Shown one piece after another: positions 26,928 through 39,398 of a stretch of DNA of 64,000 nucleotides. Source of the stretch: the human T2T-CHM13v2.0 reference genome, Homo sapiens. The stretch is taken from the NCBI RefSeq assembly GCF_009914755.1, contig NC_060934.1, one strand, 5' to 3'. Each line of letters begins with the position of its first letter. The stretch's first letter is position 1. The position numbers and the translations under genes were made by a program. A model generated the notes under the pieces. It did not search any database and was not told where the DNA came from. It saw only the letters and a list, made by a program, of their open reading frames with translations.

Positions 26928-28967
26928 CTAACATTTTTCATTTTTACGTAGTCTAGTTTATTTTTTTTAGTCTCTTGTGATTTTAGTGTCATATCTAAGA
27001 AAATTTTGCCTAACCCAAGGCAAACGTTGTATGAGTTGCTAGATTCAATTTGCAATGTATTTTGTTGAGGGTTTTTGAGTGATTATTCATAACAGATATT
27101 ATGTGGTAGCTTTCTTTCTTATTGGAGTTTTTGCTTTTTGTATAGAGTAATACTGGCCTCATAGAATGGGGCAGGACATGGTTCTTTTACCTAAAATTTG
27201 TGAAGAGTTGGTGAAGAATTGGTGTTAATTCTTTAAATGTTTGGTAAAATTTACCAGGAAAACCACATGGGCCTCGGCTTATTTTTGTGGGGTATTTTAC
27301 CTTTATTTGTTTTACATCTGTTTGGATTTCTTATTTATTGTTAATTCCATTTTGGTATTTTCTTTCTAGGAATTTTTCTACGTCATCAAAGTTATCTAAT
27401 GTGTCAACATACAATTGTTCATAGTATTCCCTGAGAATTCTTTCCATTTCTGTAAGGTCTATAGCAGTGTCTGCTGTTTAATTCTTTATTTTATTGAGTC
27501 TTTTTTTTCTTAGTGTAATAAGTTTTCCAACATTGCTGATATTCCCAAAGAGCCAAGTTTGTTTTTGTTAGTTTTCTCTATTTTTCTATCCTCTGTTTTA
27601 CTTATTTCCACTCTAATCTCTATTGCGTCTGCCCTTCTGCTTGCTTTATGTTTTGTGCACCCACCATCTTCCTATTTCTTAATATGGGAGCTTAGGTGAG
27701 AATCTTTTCTTTGCTAAAATAGGAGTTGACAGCAAATTTTCTCTAAGCACTGCTTTAGCAGCGTCTCAGAAGTGCTGGCTTGTTGCGTTTTGACTCTCAC
27801 TCACCTCAAAACGTTTTCTAATTTCTCTTGTGGTTTCTCCATTGACCCCCTGGTTATTTAGAAGTGTGTGGCTCAATTTCCACACGTTTGTAAATTTACA
27901 CATTTCCTTCAGTTGTCCAGCTTTAGTTTTACTCCACTGCAGTTGGAAAAACATTTTGTAGAATTTTATTCCTTATGAATTTTTGAGGCTTATTTTATGT
28001 CCTGGCATATGTTCTATCCAGGAGAATTTTCCATGTGGGCTTGGAAAGAATGTGCATTTTGCTGGTGGTGGGCGGAGTGCTCTTTAGATGCCTGCTAGAG
28101 GAAGTTGTTCAAGCCTTCTGCATCCTGTTGTTCTTCTGCTCGGTTGCATCCATTCTGGGAAAGTCGGGTATTGAAGTCTCCAGATTAATACGGTTGAAGT
28201 GAGTATGAATTGAGCACCTCTCCCATCAGTGCTGTCTGTTTTTGCTCCAGCATTTTGGAACTTGTTCGGCACATGCATGTCCACGTCCCTCCTTCCATTT
28301 AGCAATACATTTGTTTTAAAATCCTTTTTGTCGGATATTAGCATAGCCACTCCAGTTCTCTTAGGGTTGCAATTTGCAAGTAATTACTTTTACTTTCAAC
28401 GGACTTATATCTTTGAATTTAAATGTTTTTCCTGCCTTGTAGACAGAATATAGCTGGATTGTGTTGTTTGTTTCTTTGTTTGATCTAGTTTGACAATCTT
28501 TGTCCTTTGAATGCACTGACCAATCCAGTCACCACTTTATTATTGATATAATTGGATTTATGGCTATTTTACTTTTTAAACTGTTTCCTATTTTTTTGTA
28601 TTGCTTTGATTATTCTTGACTGCTTTCTTTTGTATTAAGTGAATATTCTCTAGAGTAATGTTTTAATTATTTTCATTAGTTTTCACTATATTTTCTGTGT
28701 TATTCTCTTAATAAGGTTCTTGGTTAACAGTTTTCCTTTCAGGACCTTGAACACATTGTACTACTGACTTCTGGCTGCCATTGTTCCTCACGTGGAGTCA
28801 TCTGTTCATCTCACTGGGGTTCCCTTGTACATGCTGAGTCATTTTTCTCTCAGTCTTTCCAATATTTTCTCTTCTCTCCTTCAACATTTTGAGTAAGATG
28901 TGTCGAGATGTGGATATGTTTGTTTATCCTACTGAATATTTACTGAGCTCCTTAAATATGTAGATGA

Positions 28968-29333
<366 letters not shown>

Positions 29334-30959
29334 TGAGTATTTTTTATTCCTTTCTCTTCACAGTTTCTTCTGGTATGCCTTAGTACACTTAATGGTATCC
29401 CACACTTCCCTGAGGTTTTGTTCATTTTTCTTTATTACTATTTATCTCCATTCTTCCAGTTACACAATCTTTATCAATCCACCTTGAAGTTTTCTGGTGT
29501 TTTCTTCTGCTAGCTCAAATCTACTATTGGGTCCCTTTAGTGACATTTTTATTTTGGATATGGTATTTTTCAACACATGTTTACTTGTTATCTCTTTATC
29601 ATTATTCTTTATTTATTGAGACATTGACATTATGCCTTTCTGGATTTCTTTAAACATTGCTCCTTTTAGTTCTTTTAACTTATTTTTAATAGCTGCTTGA
29701 CATTTTTGCTATTTCTACACACTCTGGAAGGTAGCTTTAATTGCCTGGTTTTGTTTTATTTCTTTCTCGCTGTGTATGTGTCACACTTTCCTGTGTTTTT
29801 GTATGCCTCTTTTTTTTTATATTGTAAAAAACTGGGCATTAAAAAATATATACATGTGGTAGCAACCTAGGGCTTGTTATTTTGTTGTTGACTTGTTGAC
29901 TTTATTTTTCTTTAATGACTTGACAGAATCAGCTCAGTGAAGTCTCTTTCCACAGCAGTATGCAGCCCCTGATGTCACTCGTTAGAGAGCCTGGCCATGG
30001 CCATGCCACCCTGACCTCCCTTCTCCGGGGATAATGGTGGTTCCAGCTGAGTGCTTGGTGACGTTCTCCTCCTCTGGCTCACTGGTTAGGCCTTTCGCTC
30101 ATTGGCCTGTGTTGGTTCCACAGCCAGCTGTTATCCTTTACCAATGTCTACCTGATTGCTTTATGGTTTCTGACAACATCCTGGGGCATAAATTGCTCCA
30201 CAGTCTGATCCAATTAAAATCAGTCTCTTCACTGGAGTTGTCTCTTGTCTCCTCTTTAAGACCTGCACTGGCCCCAGCAGGGCTCTCTGCGACTGTCTCT
30301 TTCTGTGGCTCTGTGTTGGGTTTCTAGCTGGCTCACCATTTTGCTTGCTGCCATATGCAGCTGCCAGCCTTCTCTCAATTGCTCCCACTAGACATGACAG
30401 TGGCATTGACTTGGGCTGTGGGTGATAGGCAGTTCCCCTAACTCTTGCCTCTCTCTGTTTCTCTCCCATTGAGGATATCATGAGAATCCCTGCTTTGTGT
30501 CACTGTATTCCAGAGTCTCAGGTAACCTGGAATAAAACAGAACTAGAGTAAATGACACTGAGTCTCTTTTTTGTGTTTTAATCAGAAACCTTTCGGGGAG
30601 TTTATGTTTATTTTTTCTTGATGCCAAATAGCCTACATTAGGTCCCTCTCTCTTTATAAAAGCCCCCATCCTGTTCATTTGATAGTTCACACTCATGGCT
30701 TAGTTTTATTGTTTCTCCTCCCCCTTTCTTGATTGATACTGGTGACAGACTGCTTCAAAAATTAAAGTTGTGCACCAATATTTGTTCATGGAATGATGCA
30801 TTCATACTATATTTTTGTAATATGAGCCTCAAATTGGCAACTGATCCTATTTGAAATGAATTTGCCCTTTGCTGTGCCTGGAAGAAGCCTCATGGCTCTC
30901 CTATGAGGCTGCCTTGGGGGATGTCCCCCTTTCTCCTGGCAGAGGTGGCCTCCTCCAAT

Positions 30960-31085
30960 GCTAGCCAGAAGGTGAGCAGGTAAAGGTATAGACCTTGTCT
31001 GATCCAGTCTCCATCCTCCAGTTCCCGGGATGGCACCTGACACATAGCATTCCCCACACTATCACTGTCAAGTAAATGAATGAGC
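30960..31085 (+). mobile_element. L2 LINE 3' end fragment
   Basis: gaccttgtctg...ggcacctgacacatagc...gtaaatgaatga resembles the L2 terminus. Confidence 0.5.
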
Positions 31086-33244
31086 TAATTAATCACCAGT
31101 AGCATGAACATGGCAGCTCAATGTTGACGAGATGACAAAGGGACTTCAGGTTTCGTTCTGAGAATGGTAGGAATGTCAACAATTTAGACAGATTAATTAG
31201 TGGTATAGATTCTAAAACATCAGGAATTCCAAAGAAATATTTCAGAAATGCTAAGCTTGAAAAGCTATCCCAAGTGGGCTGTCACGGTGGCCTGAAGGTG
31301 AGGACTGCACTATGATTAGGGAGACGGAGCTTGGAGGTAAGGCTGATATATGGTCAATGGCTCATCATTAAGTTTCCCTGAAAACTCTCTTTCTTCCTGA
31401 GATGGGTTGGAGGCTAGGGAAGCATGGGAACAAGAAGGACAAATTTCCTAAATTGTCAAAGGCTGAGTTTGTCTTCTTCGGTACCTATCCCCAAGCTCCT
31501 AGGATGCTTTATTTACAGAGGAGCCCTGGCACAAAAAGACCACAGAGATCCCCTTGGGGTCTGTCCAGTGGGTGGCCCTCAGGGAAGAACCAACCACCCA
31601 ATTGCAGACAGTGCAGATGCACATGGAAGACACAGCACCAGCTCCCTGAACAGGATTTGTATGAGCACTGAGCTGCTTGCAGGCACAGCAGTCCGGGTTG
31701 AGGAGAAAGGTTGGCTCGGATCTGCAAGACACCATGCAGTCACCTGTGCTGCCAGGCCCAGGCTCCCTGGGGAGGCCCAGCCCAGGGAGGTTCCCACACA
31801 TCCCTTCCTTGCACACCTTGAATGTGGGACCTTGAGAGCTGGGCTCAGACCTCTAAGACGCGATGCCTGAATCACACTCCAGGCACCACTGCCATCCCCA
31901 TGGCTCTATTTAGAGACCTGAGGAAAAGTAAGCAAATCCATCAAAAACTTCCTCAATACTCTCCCCAAGTCAGGCATGTGAACTGAAAGACACAATCAAT
32001 GCAATTTATGGTCTGGATCAGCTATGGACCCGAAAGCTTTCCATGTTGAAAGGGCTTTTTTTGATCAATTACAATGTACCTGCAGCACCGTAAAAATACT
32101 GTATCTCTCCACCATTGAGACATTTCATCAAAATGTCACGATTTATTTTACTTCTCTCACAGGTGGAAGCTATATCTCTGCCTCCCTGATTTTTTGCCAT
32201 ATTCAACATCATTTTTTCCCGTTTCATTGTGGAGATGGCAGCTCCTTATTTGCAAGCTCAGGAAAGTGTTTGTTGAATCAAACCTTTGTCTTTGCTCTCT
32301 CAGCCAGAATTAACCCTCCCCAGACACACTGCTGTAATCAGGCTGTGGCACTTACTTAATTCAGCCCCAAAGCAGCATGAACCATTTACATGTCTGTGTT
32401 TCTGTCTCAACCCTGTGCCCAGCAAGGCAAGGATGAATTTGTGGGGTCACTCTAGCTCCCAACCTCAGCCAGAGCCTGCAGTTTCTAAGCTTTTGATAAA
32501 TGGCCGACGAATGGATGGAAAGTCAGCAATCCAGTGCATGGACGAAGAAGCTGTCATTGTCTGGGGTACAGGAGTCCCCTACAGAGGGATGACCTGAATG
32601 GGACAGGGAATTTCCTGGGCATGAGGGAGAGGAGGCCTCCCCAGGCATGAGGGAGAGGAGGTAGAATCACTGGAAGATACAGAGCAAAACGAGGGATCTG
32701 GCAAAATACCCTGCAGGGAAGGGGCTGCAAAACTCTCACTAGGGGCCAGAGAGCCCCCTCCTCATGCTGCTAGATTGAGAAGAAGGTTCTGAAGCTGGTG
32801 AGCTCACTGGAGAGAAACTAAAATGAAGTCATGTTCCAACAGAAAAAAAGAATGTTCAAAACTCTACATCCAAAGTGGCATAGACGATCCTCCGTCCTGC
32901 CTCCTCACACCCCAAACACACACACCAATATTTCACCGTCGTCTGTAAAGAGACTCCTGAGTAGCACGAAGACAGCAACAAGTCAATCCAGACGTTGAAC
33001 CCACCTCCCCAGCCTGCCCCACAGGCCAGTGGGAAGTTAGGGAGCACCTGGGTCAAGGTGCAGGGACAGACGCATCTTTGTCCTCAAAAGGCATGCAGAC
33101 CATTGGCTCATAACAAAGACTAAAGATAACACATGGTTTACAATGAATTCTCTCAGTGCCAGCTTCATATATCAAGCTAATACAAGCTGCATGTTCTTTT
33201 TAATGCAAAGAAAACAAAATTATTGGGGATGTTTTTGACACGAT

Positions 33245-33400
33245 CTATGCCCATATCTCTGCTAAGTTCTTTACTTTCATCAATTTTTGCAGCAACTCTA
33301 TGGGGTCATTTTATAGACAAGATAACTGGGGCTTAGAGAATTTAGGTGTTTTTGCAGCTAACAAGAGGCCAAGCCCAGATGCTGCTGGGCTTGAGGACCA
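33245..33400 (-). mobile_element. MIR SINE fragment
   Basis: gctaagttctttac...gcagcaactctatgggg...cattttatagacaagataactggggcttagaga. Confidence 0.6.
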
Positions 33401-34754
33401 TCACTGAGGTCTGCCCTGGGAGTAGAGACATGCTTCCTCACTCTGTGCACTGGGACTCTGCTGGCCTGCCAGGAAGATGTTCTTGCACAGAGATACTGCA
33501 AGAGTTCCAAGAGAAGGAAGGAGGGAGTCACAAAGTGGGTGAGGATTGTGAGCTGTCTGGCTGATATAGATGGGCTGTGAGGCCAGTGAGGGAGGAAAGG
33601 CATGCTCTGCCATGATTGCTGGAAGGTTGGCTCTACAACTTCAAGCGTGCAGCTCAACGTCTGACAACCTCTAAGTGACCAAGGCTTGTTTGCAGGAGAT
33701 GAGGGATTGGTTAATCCCACTTCTGAACCTGATGGGGAAAGAAAAGCTACACAGCAATAAAGCTCCCTGGCCAGTTTTCCCCAGAGCAGGGGCAGCCATG
33801 GAACCTGCTCAGGGCAGGGCGTTTCTCAAGTTTTTGGGCTGTTTAACAACTGCTTCTCTTCTAGCAACATGTACAACAACATGTGCATTTAGAAAGAAAG
33901 TCTTTCCTCTCCAAATCTCACATCAAAATTTGGAGATGAGCAATTTCAGAACAAACTGGAGCAGAGGAAACTAGAAGGATTTGCTTCTAGAGCTGCCCAT
34001 ACAACAGCCCTGTGCATTTGCTCTTTCCATCCTGAGAATGAATGAGAACCCAGAGAGACAGGTGTTTTTCCCGGGTGGGTGGTCCAGGACTGAAGGGGAC
34101 TCCTTGAAGGGGATTCCTCTTATTTTTCTTTTCTGGCTGATTTTTTTAAGTAGACTATATTTTAGAATAGTTTTAGATTTAAAGAATAGTGAGAAGACAC
34201 AGAGTTTCCACACGCTGCATGCCTAGTCCCCTCCATTACTGACATCTTGAAGTAGTATGACACTTTTGTCACAATTAATGAAGAAGTAACAGGAAATTTC
34301 TGTTAATTAAAGTCCGTAGTTTACTCAGATTTCCCTAGCCTTTGTCCTTTTTCTGTACGAAGATGCCACCCAACATGCTTCATCCCAATTCACTGTCATG
34401 TCTCTTTATGTCTCTTTGGGCTCCTCTTGTCTGTGACAGATTCTCAGCCTTTCCTTGTTTCTGATGACCTTGACAATTTCAGGGAGTACTGATTAGGCAT
34501 CTTTTGTATGCCCCTCTGTTGAAATTTCTCTGGTATTGTCTGCATGAGTAACTGGGGTTGTGCACTGGGCAAAGGTCACAGAGAGAGAGTATCACTTTTA
34601 TCACAGCACATCCGTCGTGCGTCCCATCGGGACTTACGCCTCTCAATGTTGACCTTGGTCACCTGGCTGAAGTGCTCTGAGGCTTCTCCTCCTTTGAACA
34701 CTGTACTTTTTTGAGGGAAGTTGCCATTGGCAGCCCAAGGAGTGGGGAGTTATG

Positions 34755-34998
34755 CAGTGGAGAAAGAGACATAAGGATGGAACAGGGAGGTTTGCAGATT
34801 CTGGGCTTGAAGACTAAAGGGAAGTGGCCACAAGCCAAGGAATGCAGCAGCCATGGGTTGCCGGAAGAGGACCTGCCACCACCTGCATTTCAGCCCAGCG
34901 ATACTGAATCTGGGCCCCAGACCTGTGAGATAAGAATGTTTTTCCCTAAAACACCAAGTTTGTGGTAATTTGTTACAACAGCCACAAGAAACCAGTCA
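34755..34998 (+). mobile_element. MaLR LTR 3' half (MLT1C/D-like) inside the L1
   Basis: ggccacaagccaaggaatgcagcagcc...tttcagcccag...ccaagtttgtggtaatttgttacaacagccacaagaaac. Confidence 0.8.
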
Positions 34999-35960
34999 TC
35001 CTTGAGTACATTAGCATCAACTCATGAGTATTGATTTTAGACTATGGGTTATAATCCAATACTCCTTTACTCTTTTGTTGCTGAAATGGCTTGAGCTTTG
35101 GCCATTGGGTGCTCCTTCAGTTCACTCATGTGCCCCCATGACACACCCCTATCATTGTGGGGGTTTGTGGTGCTAGTGATGGTGGCGGTTGCTGTGCCTT
35201 CTTACTCTCCGGCACTATCAGAGGCTTCCAGCTGATCTGGAAGGTACCTCACTCCATAGAATTAGCCATTTCTCCAAGAAGCCCTGGGTCCTTCTGTTGG
35301 ATTATGGTGCCAGGAACAAAGGCTGGGTGCTCAGTGTGCTTATAGCTGCTGGAGTATTGTTTCTTTTAGACCCTCTGAGCTGATGGAGCAAGGAAATATA
35401 TACACATATACTAATCCATGTATATAAACATATATCCACATATTTCTACGTCTGTAAGACATGAAAACACACTTCTCTGTTTTAAGTTAAACATGAGTTC
35501 TTAGTGATGCCTCCAACTCTAATCTGTAGCAAGGGGATCATTCTAAACTCCTCCCTTCCACTCCAGTATTGAAAAATCAGGTGCTCCCATCCACCGGTCA
35601 TTTACTTAATTGTTCAGTTCCAGCGTATCTGGGAAAGTATCTGAATTGCTAGCAGGTATTCTTGTGTGGGGAGGAACATTATCAACTAGAGTCTGGTTCT
35701 TCCATAGAGTTCCCTCTGCCTATGGTCTCACAGTGGCCACTCATTTCTAAAGTTGCTTAAGTCAGCCCCTCCCCACCTGGTTCAGTGAGGTTGCTTTATA
35801 TATTTGTAATGCAGCAGATATTACCCATGTCTTATCACAGTCTGCATTTCTTCCTGGGGTCCCTGACTTCCTCAGTCACTTTTTAAGTTTTCATTCATTA
35901 AGGATCACTTTTTATTCTGTGAAGTTCTATGGGTTTTGACACATGCATAATGTTATGCAT

Positions 35961-37083
35961 CACTATTAGAGTATATACAGTACACGTTTACCACTCTAAA
36001 AACCTCCTGTATTTCACCTATTCCGTCACTATTAGAGTATATACAGTACACGTTTACCACTCTAAAAACCTCCTGTATTTCACCTGTTCCATCACTATTA
36101 GAGTATATACAGTACAGGTTTACCACTCTGAAAACCTCCTATATTTCACCTGTTCCATCACTATTAGACTATATACAGTACACGTTTACCACTCTAAAAA
36201 TCCCCTGTACTTCACTTATTCTGTCACTATTAGAGTATATACAGTACACATTTACCACTCTAAAAGCCTCCTATACTTCACCTATTCCGTCACTATTAGA
36301 GTATATACAGTACACATTTACCACTCTAAAAACCTCCTGTATTTCACCTATTCCGTCACTATTAAAGTATATACAGTACACGTTTACCACTCTAAAAATC
36401 TCCTGTATTTCACCTATTCCGTCAGTATTAGAGTATATACAGTACACATTTACCACTCTAAAAACCTCCTGTACTTCACTTATTCTGTCACTATTAGGGT
36501 ATATACAGTACACGTTTACCACTCTAAAAATCTCCTGTACTTCACTTATTCCATCACTATTAGAGTATATACAGTACACATTTACCACTCTAAAAATCTC
36601 CTGTACTTCACTTATTCCGTCACTATTAGAGTATATACAGTACACGTTTACCACTCTAAAAACCTCCCGTACTTCACTTATTCCGTCACTATTAGAGTAT
36701 ATACAGTACACATTTACCACTCTAAAAACCTCCTATACTTCACCTATTCCGTCACTATTAGAGTATATACAGTACACGTTTACCACTCTAAAAACCTCCT
36801 GTACTTCACTTATTCTGTCACTGTTAGAGTATATACAGTACACGTTTACCACTCTAAAAATCTCCTGTATTTCACCTATTCCATCACTATTAGAGTATAT
36901 ACAGTACACGTTTACCACTCTAAAAATCTCCTGTACTTCACCTATTCTGTCACTATTAGAGTATATACAGTACACGTTTACCACTCTAAAAGTCTCCTGT
37001 ATTTCACCTATTCCATCACTATTAGAGTATATACAGTACACGTTTACCACTCTAAAAGCCTCCTGTACTTCACTTATTCTGTC
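35961..37083. repeat. Minisatellite, 17 x 66 bp
   Basis: Unit cactattagagtatatacagtacacgtttaccactctaaaaacctcctgtatttcacctattccgt; starts at 35961, 36027 ... 37017 in exact 66-bp register. Confidence 0.97.
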
Positions 37084-37703
37084 TCCAGAAAGCTCTCTTC
37101 TCCCTCCTGAAGTGGCTCCTTCCTACTGGAAACTACTAATTGTTTTTCTGCCTTTGTGGTGTTGCCTTTTCCAGAATGTCATATAATTGGGGTCATAAAG
37201 TCTGTAGTCTTTTCACATCGGCTTCTTTCATTCAGTAATGTGCATTCAAGTTTCCTCCACATCTTTCTGCGCTTTGATAGCTCACTTATTTTCATCTCTG
37301 AATAGTATTACAGTGAATGAATGGATGGGCCACAGTTTGTTTATCCATTCACCTACTGAAAGACATCTTGATTGCTTCCAGTTCTGGGCAATTATGAATG
37401 GAGCTGCTATAAACATTTGCATTCAGAGTTGGGCTTAATCATAAGTTTTCAAATCAGTTGGGTAAGTTCCTAGGAGCATGATTGCAGAACTCTGTGGCAT
37501 GGCTCTGTTTTGCATTGTGAGAAACTGCTAACCTGTCTTCCACAGTGGCTGCACACTTTGCATTTTGCAACCAATGAGAGCTCCTGTGGCTTCACATCCT
37601 TGTCAGCACTGGGCATTGTCAGTTTTGGATTTTAGCCCTTCTAATGTGTGTGTAGTTGTCCTTGTTGTTGTTTAATTTGCAATTCACTAATAAATGATGT
37701 TGA

Positions 37704-37998
37704 GGCTTGGCATTGTGGCTCACATCTGTAATCTTAGAACTTTGGGGGGCTGTGGTGGGAGGATCACTTGAGCCTAGGAGTTTGATACCAGCCTGGCAAC
37801 ATAATGAGACCTCATCTCTACAAAAATTTTGAAAAATTAGCTTGGCATGGTGGCGCATGCCTGTGGTCCCAGCTACTTGGGAAGCTGAGGCAGGAGGATC
37901 ACTTGAGCTCAGGAGATTGAGGCTGCAGTAAGCCATAATTGCACCCCCACACTGCAGCCTGGATGATAAAGCGAGACCCTGTCTCAAAAAAAAAAAAA
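37704..37998 (+). mobile_element. AluJ element
   Basis: gggaggatcacttgagcctaggagtttg...gaggctgcagtaagccataattgcacc...gcgagaccctgtctc + A-tail; TSD aaatgatgttga. Confidence 0.95.
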
Positions 37999-38017
37999 TG
38001 ATGTTGAGCATCTTTTC

Positions 38018-38135
38018 TTTTTTTTATTTGTTTATTTATTTTTTTGAGACAGTGTTTCACTCTGTTGCCCAGGCCGGAGTGCAATGGCGTGATCTCGGCT
38101 CACTGCAACCTCTGCCTCCTGGATTCAAGCGATTC
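38018..38135 (-). mobile_element. 5'-truncated Alu (3' part of right arm plus tail)
   Basis: T-rich tail followed by gagacagtgtttcactctgttgcccaggccggagtgcaatggcg...caagcgattc; 18-bp TSD gat(g/t)ttgagcatcttttc. Confidence 0.93.
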
Positions 38136-38274
38136 GATTTTGAGCATCTTTTCATATGTTTATCTGCCATCTGTATATCTGCTTTGGTGAAGTGTCTGCT
38201 TGGTGTTTCTGCCTAATTTAAAAACTGTGCTTCTTTTTCTCATTATTGAGTTTTGAGAGTTCTCTATGTATTTG

Positions 38275-38444
38275 GATATTGACCTTTATCAGATGTGTAT
38301 TTTGATATCAGCCTTTATCAGATGTGTATTTTGATATCAACCTTTATCAGATGTGTATTTTGATATAAACCTTTATCATATGTGTATTTTGATATCAACC
38401 TTTATCAGATGTGTATTTTGATATCAACCTTTATCAGATGTGTA
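38275..38444. repeat. Tandem repeat, about 6 x 29 bp, L1-derived
   Basis: Unit gatatcaacctttatcagatgtgtatttt at 38275, 38304, 38333, 38362, 38391, 38420. Confidence 0.95.
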
Positions 38445-39306
38445 ACTTGCAAATATTTTCTCCCAGCTTGTGGCTTGGCTTTTCCTTCTTTTAATAGTTT
38501 CTCTCACAGAACAAAGTTTTAAAATGTTAATAAAGTCTAACTCACTAATTTTTTCATTCATGGATCATGTTTTTGGTGTCGTGTCCAAAAACTCAAAGTC
38601 GCACAGCTTTTCTTATATGTTTTCTTCAACATATTTTATAATACGGCATTTTATCAGCTTTCTGATACATTTTGAATTAATTTTTGTGAAAGTTGTAAGG
38701 TCTGTGCCTAGATTTTTTTTCACACATTGACATCCAGTTGTTCTAACATCGTTTGTTGAAAAGGCTATGCTTTTTTTCCATTGAATTGCCTTTGTTCCTT
38801 TGTCAAAAATTAGTTGACTGTATTTGTGTGGATTTATTTCTGGGCTCTCTATTCTGTTCCATTGATCTATGTGTCTATTCTTTCACCAATACTGTGCTGT
38901 CTTGATTACTGTCTTATTGTCAGGTACCGTCAGTCCTCCAATATATTTTTTTTAAGTATTGTGTTGGCTAGTCTTGGTCTTTCATCTTACCATATAAGCT
39001 TTAGGACCAGTTTGTCAGTATCCACACAGTAACTTGCTGGTGTTGTGAATAATACTGTGCTTTATCTATAGATCAATTTTGGAAGAATTGGCATCTTAAA
39101 AATATCAAGTTTCCAGCCCATGAACAGGGAAGTTTTCTCCATTCATTTAGTTCTTTGATTTATTTTATTGGAGTTTTGTAGCTTTCCACGTGTATTTCCC
39201 GTACATCTTTTGTTAGTCTGGTTACCTTTCTCAGGGCCCTGCATCAGCATACTCTCTGGGAGGATTTCAAAGAGTGACAGCTCCCTCTCCACCCCTCCAT
39301 CCTGGC

Positions 39307-39398
39307 TTGGACCTCCCCACCCCGGGGGAAGCCTGCTGTCATCTACAAGGCATTGGACCTCCCAACCCCCGGGGAAGCCTACTGTCATCTACAAGGCA
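39307..39398. repeat. Two-copy tandem duplication, 46 bp
   Basis: ttggacctccc...ggggaagcct(g/a)ctgtcatctacaaggca at 39307 and 39353. Confidence 0.92.

Larger units (their letters stand above)
34140..39230 (-). mobile_element. Old L1MC-like LINE (long 3' UTR plus ORF2 3' part) hosting an LTR fragment, two minisatellites and two Alus
   Basis: tagactatattttagaatagttttagattta...; ggctcctcttgtctgtgacag...; ccagaatgtcatataattgg...; tccattcacctactgaaagacatcttg; ttccattgatctatgtgtctattctttcacc - antisense L1M 3' UTR/ORF2 signatures. Confidence 0.85.

Noticed and set aside
35961-37083. CRISPR-like array (66-bp periodicity)
   Set aside because: The whole unit repeats with no unique spacers, there are no cas genes, and the context is primate L1 sequence
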